Positions 47,125-49,957 of a DNA stretch of 49,957 nucleotides are shown here, in pieces. The stretch lies in IMG/VR virus record IMGVR_UViG_3300008255_000170, positions 1 through 49,957 of that record; one strand, given 5' to 3'. The first letter of the stretch is position 1. Every line of letters starts with the position of its first letter. Under the pieces are notes generated by a model. It was given only the letters and a program-made list of their open reading frames with translations, had not been told where the DNA came from and made no database searches. The DNA comes from a virus (taxonomy: Duplodnaviria; Caudoviricetes). Position numbers and translations under genes: made by a program.

Positions 47125-49563
47125 ATGTCAGCAACAGTTATCAGCTTTGAAGATTTCAACAAAAGCAAATCTGAGTCTATCGAACAAACTGCCATTGTTA
47201 GCCGCCGCCCTGTGTCTGTGTTGGTTCACTGGTCAGAATCTGGCGATTTTGAAAAAGAAACCCTTTATCCATTCGCTGACTTTGAATGCAAGGCATTATC
47301 CTCAGCGTTTGCCCATGCTGGCGGCGGTTATCTTAAAACCAAAATTACCGTCAATTTTGACGATGGCGAAACATACGCTTGCCGTGTCGATTTGGCCGCC
47401 CATGACGAGCTAGGCTTTCAGCACCACGTTTTGCAAATGATTGAATTTTCAAATACTGATAAAGGCCGCGCCGCTTATGCTGCTGATGATTGGCAAGCCT
47501 TACTCAATTTTGTAAAAACCATTGATTTTGATACCAGCGCCGCAAGTATCAAAGAAAATGAAAAATTAGGGATTGAATTAGACCAGATTGCCAAGGCCGC
47601 CGAAAAGGCAGCAGAACAGGCTGCCAAAGAAGCGGCCGACGCAGAGGCTGAGGCGCTGATTTTGGCGATGACAACCGATCCAGAGTTTAGCCATTTAGCA
47701 CAAATTGGTTACTATGCTGACGCCGTGGCTGTGGCTAAAAATATCCGTGCTGATTTAAAAAAGCATTTTAAAGGCTGTAAATTTTCAGTCAGAAAATCAA
47801 CCAGCGGCGCTATTTATATCAATTGGACTGATGGTCCAACTCGTAAAGCGGTTGACAATATTGTTAACCGATATAAAGCGGGAAGCTTTGACACTATGAG
47901 CGATTGCTATGAGTTTGCCGATTCATGTTTTAGCCGCAATTTTGGCAGCGTGTCTTATGTTTTTACCTCGCGCCATACTGAGACAGCGCGAGAGCTTGCC
48001 GAGTTGATTTTTAAGCGTGACGGGCTCGAATGCGACAGCCAAGAAGCATGGGAGCTTTCAAACGAGTTGAGCGAACACGGCGGGGCGTGGACGTATGAAG
48101 GAAAACCGCTTGATGTTGACGCTCTGAGATCCAACGCCAAACCATTGGCCGCGCCAATGGTTGAATTTGTCGCACAAGAAAAGCCAAAGTTTAAGGCTGT
48201 AAACCTTGGCGGCTCGTGGCGTGTTGATGTGAGTTTATACGCTGACAGCGGCAGTTATAGCGGAATTGCCGCCGCCAGTGCTGCCAGCGCTAACCGCGCA
48301 GCGTGGGCGCTGTTTGTTGCCGATTTCGCCCCGTTCGGGCCTTTGCCTCAGTTGATGATCCCTAATCCTAAAGATAGCGCCGCCGTACCTGATTTAGTCA
48401 GCCTTGATGCTGCGAGAGAAAACCAAGACGCAGAACGCGCCGCCCATAGTTTGATCGGTGCGGCGCTGTCTGCTGATTTCATCCCCTATTACAGCGCCGC
48501 AATTGCTGCGCTGGCTGTGTATAGCTCAAAAATAGTGAGATTTTGGGCAGATGAAAACCGCCGTGAAATTGTCGACCGTGAAACATTGATCGGTGCGGCT
48601 GGTCGCGTTCGCTTTAGTGTTGAGCGTTTAAGCACTGAGATCACCCGCTTAATTGACGATTCGATCACTTATGATCTTTATCATGGCAAAGATAGCGGTG
48701 CGTTAGTCGCTGCAGTTGAAGCCGAGAGCGCCCATAATCTAAAAATTAAAGAGCAAAATGCCGCACCCTTTGCGGCGGCCTTTGCGGCTTTCACTGACGG
48801 CATAGAACAGCGCCGCGAACGCTTGGAGCAAAGGGCCGCCAGAGTGAGCGCCGAAAGTGATCGCCGTTATCAAATGGCGCATAACTCAGCCTCTGCTATT
48901 CCATTTGGCCAGCCGATCCTAGTAGGCCACCACAGCGAACGCGCCGACCGCAACCGCCGCGCCCGTATACATGATAATTTCGGCAAAGCCTTTGCTCTTG
49001 CTGATAAAGCGGAATATTTAGCGGAAAAGGCAGAGAGTATAGGATCGGGGGGGATTTCCTCAGCGGATCCGTCTGCTGTGCTGAAATTAACTGAAAAGCT
49101 TGAAGCATTGGAAAAGTCGCAAAACATGATGAAGCAAGCCAATGCAGCTATCAGAACAGGCAATTTAGAAAAGTTGCCAGAGCTTGGGCTTAGTCAGTCG
49201 AATATAGATGAGTTATTAAACCCTCGGCATTCAAATAGGAAAGGATTTCAACCTTGGGCGCTGCAGAACAATAACGCCAACATAAAGAGAGTTAAAGATA
49301 GGATCCGCGAGATAGCGTTAACTCAACAGCCATCGACAGAGGAACCAACGATCCACGGCATAGCAAAGCGAGATCTAATTGATGGTCGAGTTTGTTTTTA
49401 TTTTGAAGATAAACCGCCTGAAGATGTACGCAAGTTACTAAGATCTTATGCTTTCAACTGGGCGCCTAGTCGTAAGGCTTGGGTAAGAAAAGCAACAGCT
49501 AATGGCCTACATGCGGGCAAAGTTATTGCAAAAAAACTAGAGGATTTATACGAAAGTGTTTAG
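47125..49563 (+). CDS. Polyvalent multidomain protein (LPD25-like, LPD29-like, DUF3560)
   Basis: VHWSES...GGYLKTK...YACRVDL; AKNIRADLKKHF...FSVR...WTDGPT...FDTMSDCY; IPFGQPILVGHHSERADR; C-terminal FNWAPSRKAWVR. Confidence 0.75.
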   Translation: MSATVISFEDFNKSKSESIEQTAIVSRRPVSVLVHWSESGDFEKETLYPFADFECKALSSAFAHAGGGYLKTKITVNFDDGETYACRVDLAAHDELGFQHHVLQMIEFSNTDKGRAAYAADDWQALLNFVKTIDFDTSAASIKENEKLGIELDQIAKAAEKAAEQAAKEAADAEAEALILAMTTDPEFSHLAQIGYYADAVAVAKNIRADLKKHFKGCKFSVRKSTSGAIYINWTDGPTRKAVDNIVNRYKAGSFDTMSDCYEFADSCFSRNFGSVSYVFTSRHTETARELAELIFKRDGLECDSQEAWELSNELSEHGGAWTYEGKPLDVDALRSNAKPLAAPMVEFVAQEKPKFKAVNLGGSWRVDVSLYADSGSYSGIAAASAASANRAAWALFVADFAPFGPLPQLMIPNPKDSAAVPDLVSLDAARENQDAERAAHSLIGAALSADFIPYYSAAIAALAVYSSKIVRFWADENRREIVDRETLIGAAGRVRFSVERLSTEITRLIDDSITYDLYHGKDSGALVAAVEAESAHNLKIKEQNAAPFAAAFAAFTDGIEQRRERLEQRAARVSAESDRRYQMAHNSASAIPFGQPILVGHHSERADRNRRARIHDNFGKAFALADKAEYLAEKAESIGSGGISSADPSAVLKLTEKLEALEKSQNMMKQANAAIRTGNLEKLPELGLSQSNIDELLNPRHSNRKGFQPWALQNNNANIKRVKDRIREIALTQQPSTEEPTIHGIAKRDLIDGRVCFYFEDKPPEDVRKLLRSYAFNWAPSRKAWVRKATANGLHAGKVIAKKLEDLYESV

Positions 49564-49688
49564 GTGGCTCGGCAGGCCACCACGCCACGCCGAGCCGCGC
49601 CCCGTTTAACGAGAGGGAAAACGGGACAGCATGATCATACATGAGACAGTAATGGGCCGCAATTAGCGGCCCTTGTTCGTATCTAAAG

Positions 49689-49957
49689 CCCACACCCACA
49701 CCCACACCCACAACCACACCCACAACCACAACCACACCATGGCCACACACCATGGCCACACACCATGGCCACACACCATGGCCACGCACCATGGCCACGC
49801 ACCATGGCCACGCACCATGGCCACGCACCATGGCCACGCACCATGGCCACGCACCATGGCCACACACCATGGCCACACACCATGGCCACACACCATGGCC
49901 ACACACCATGGCCACACACCATGGCCACACACCATGGCCACACACCATGGCCACACA
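49689..49957. repeat. C/A-rich hexamer repeats followed by at least 17 tandem copies of the 13-mer GGCCACRCACCAT, truncated by the window end
   Basis: CCCACA/ACCACA from 49689 to about 49735; GGCC recurs every 13 bp from 49741 to 49949; six central copies carry G at the R position. Confidence 0.95.

Larger units (their letters stand above)
1..49957. mobile_element. N15-like linear plasmid-prophage (telomere phage), lambda-like siphovirus morphogenesis, near-complete genome
   Basis: Protelomerase next to a long perfect palindrome, sopAB-type par genes, primase-helicase RepA, cB-cro-Q control region, full lysis/head/tail modules, and no integrase or host housekeeping genes. Confidence 0.93.

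Noticed and set aside
1007-49163. Numerous short antisense or alternate-frame ORFs nested in long genes
   Set aside because: They are shadows of well-supported CDSs, without RBS or motifs
49523-49956. Minus-strand Cys/Trp-rich ORFs
   Set aside because: Products of the 13-bp repeat, open in all three frames and truncated by the window

Overview
The window looks like a nearly complete ~50 kb temperate phage of the N15/PY54/phiKO2/VP882 type (linear plasmid-prophage with hairpin telomeres), read roughly in virion order. The host is probably a Gammaproteobacterium, perhaps Shewanella-like; this is inference only. 1-650: late promoter region with three perfect DnaA boxes. 652-2337: lysis cassette. 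2321-24268: lambda-like terminase, head and non-contractile tail genes. 24286-26758: accessory module. 26767-28901: sopAB-type partition genes. 29322-29417: a 96-bp perfect palindrome (telomere resolution site). 29546-31558: protelomerase. 31749-35285: primase-helicase RepA. 35575-37102: cB repressor and a Cro-Q fusion. 37089-44657: early genes (RdgC-FtsK-gamma, C5 methyltransferase, exonuclease). 45088-49563: four repeated promoter/operator cassettes ending in a polyvalent protein. A 13-bp tandem array runs off the right end. The most unusual observations are: (i) the decapeptide GGGTTQPDPK is shared, with 8 of 10 codons synonymously different, between a head-morphogenesis protein and a small protein encoded next to a membrane protein and two HTH genes; (ii) the repeated operator-promoter cassettes with an acr/aca-like layout; (iii) the in-frame Cro-Q fusion; (iv) dispersed GGGGCG-N3-CGCCCC centromere-like sites. 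All family assignments come from motif recognition by eye; no searches were run.
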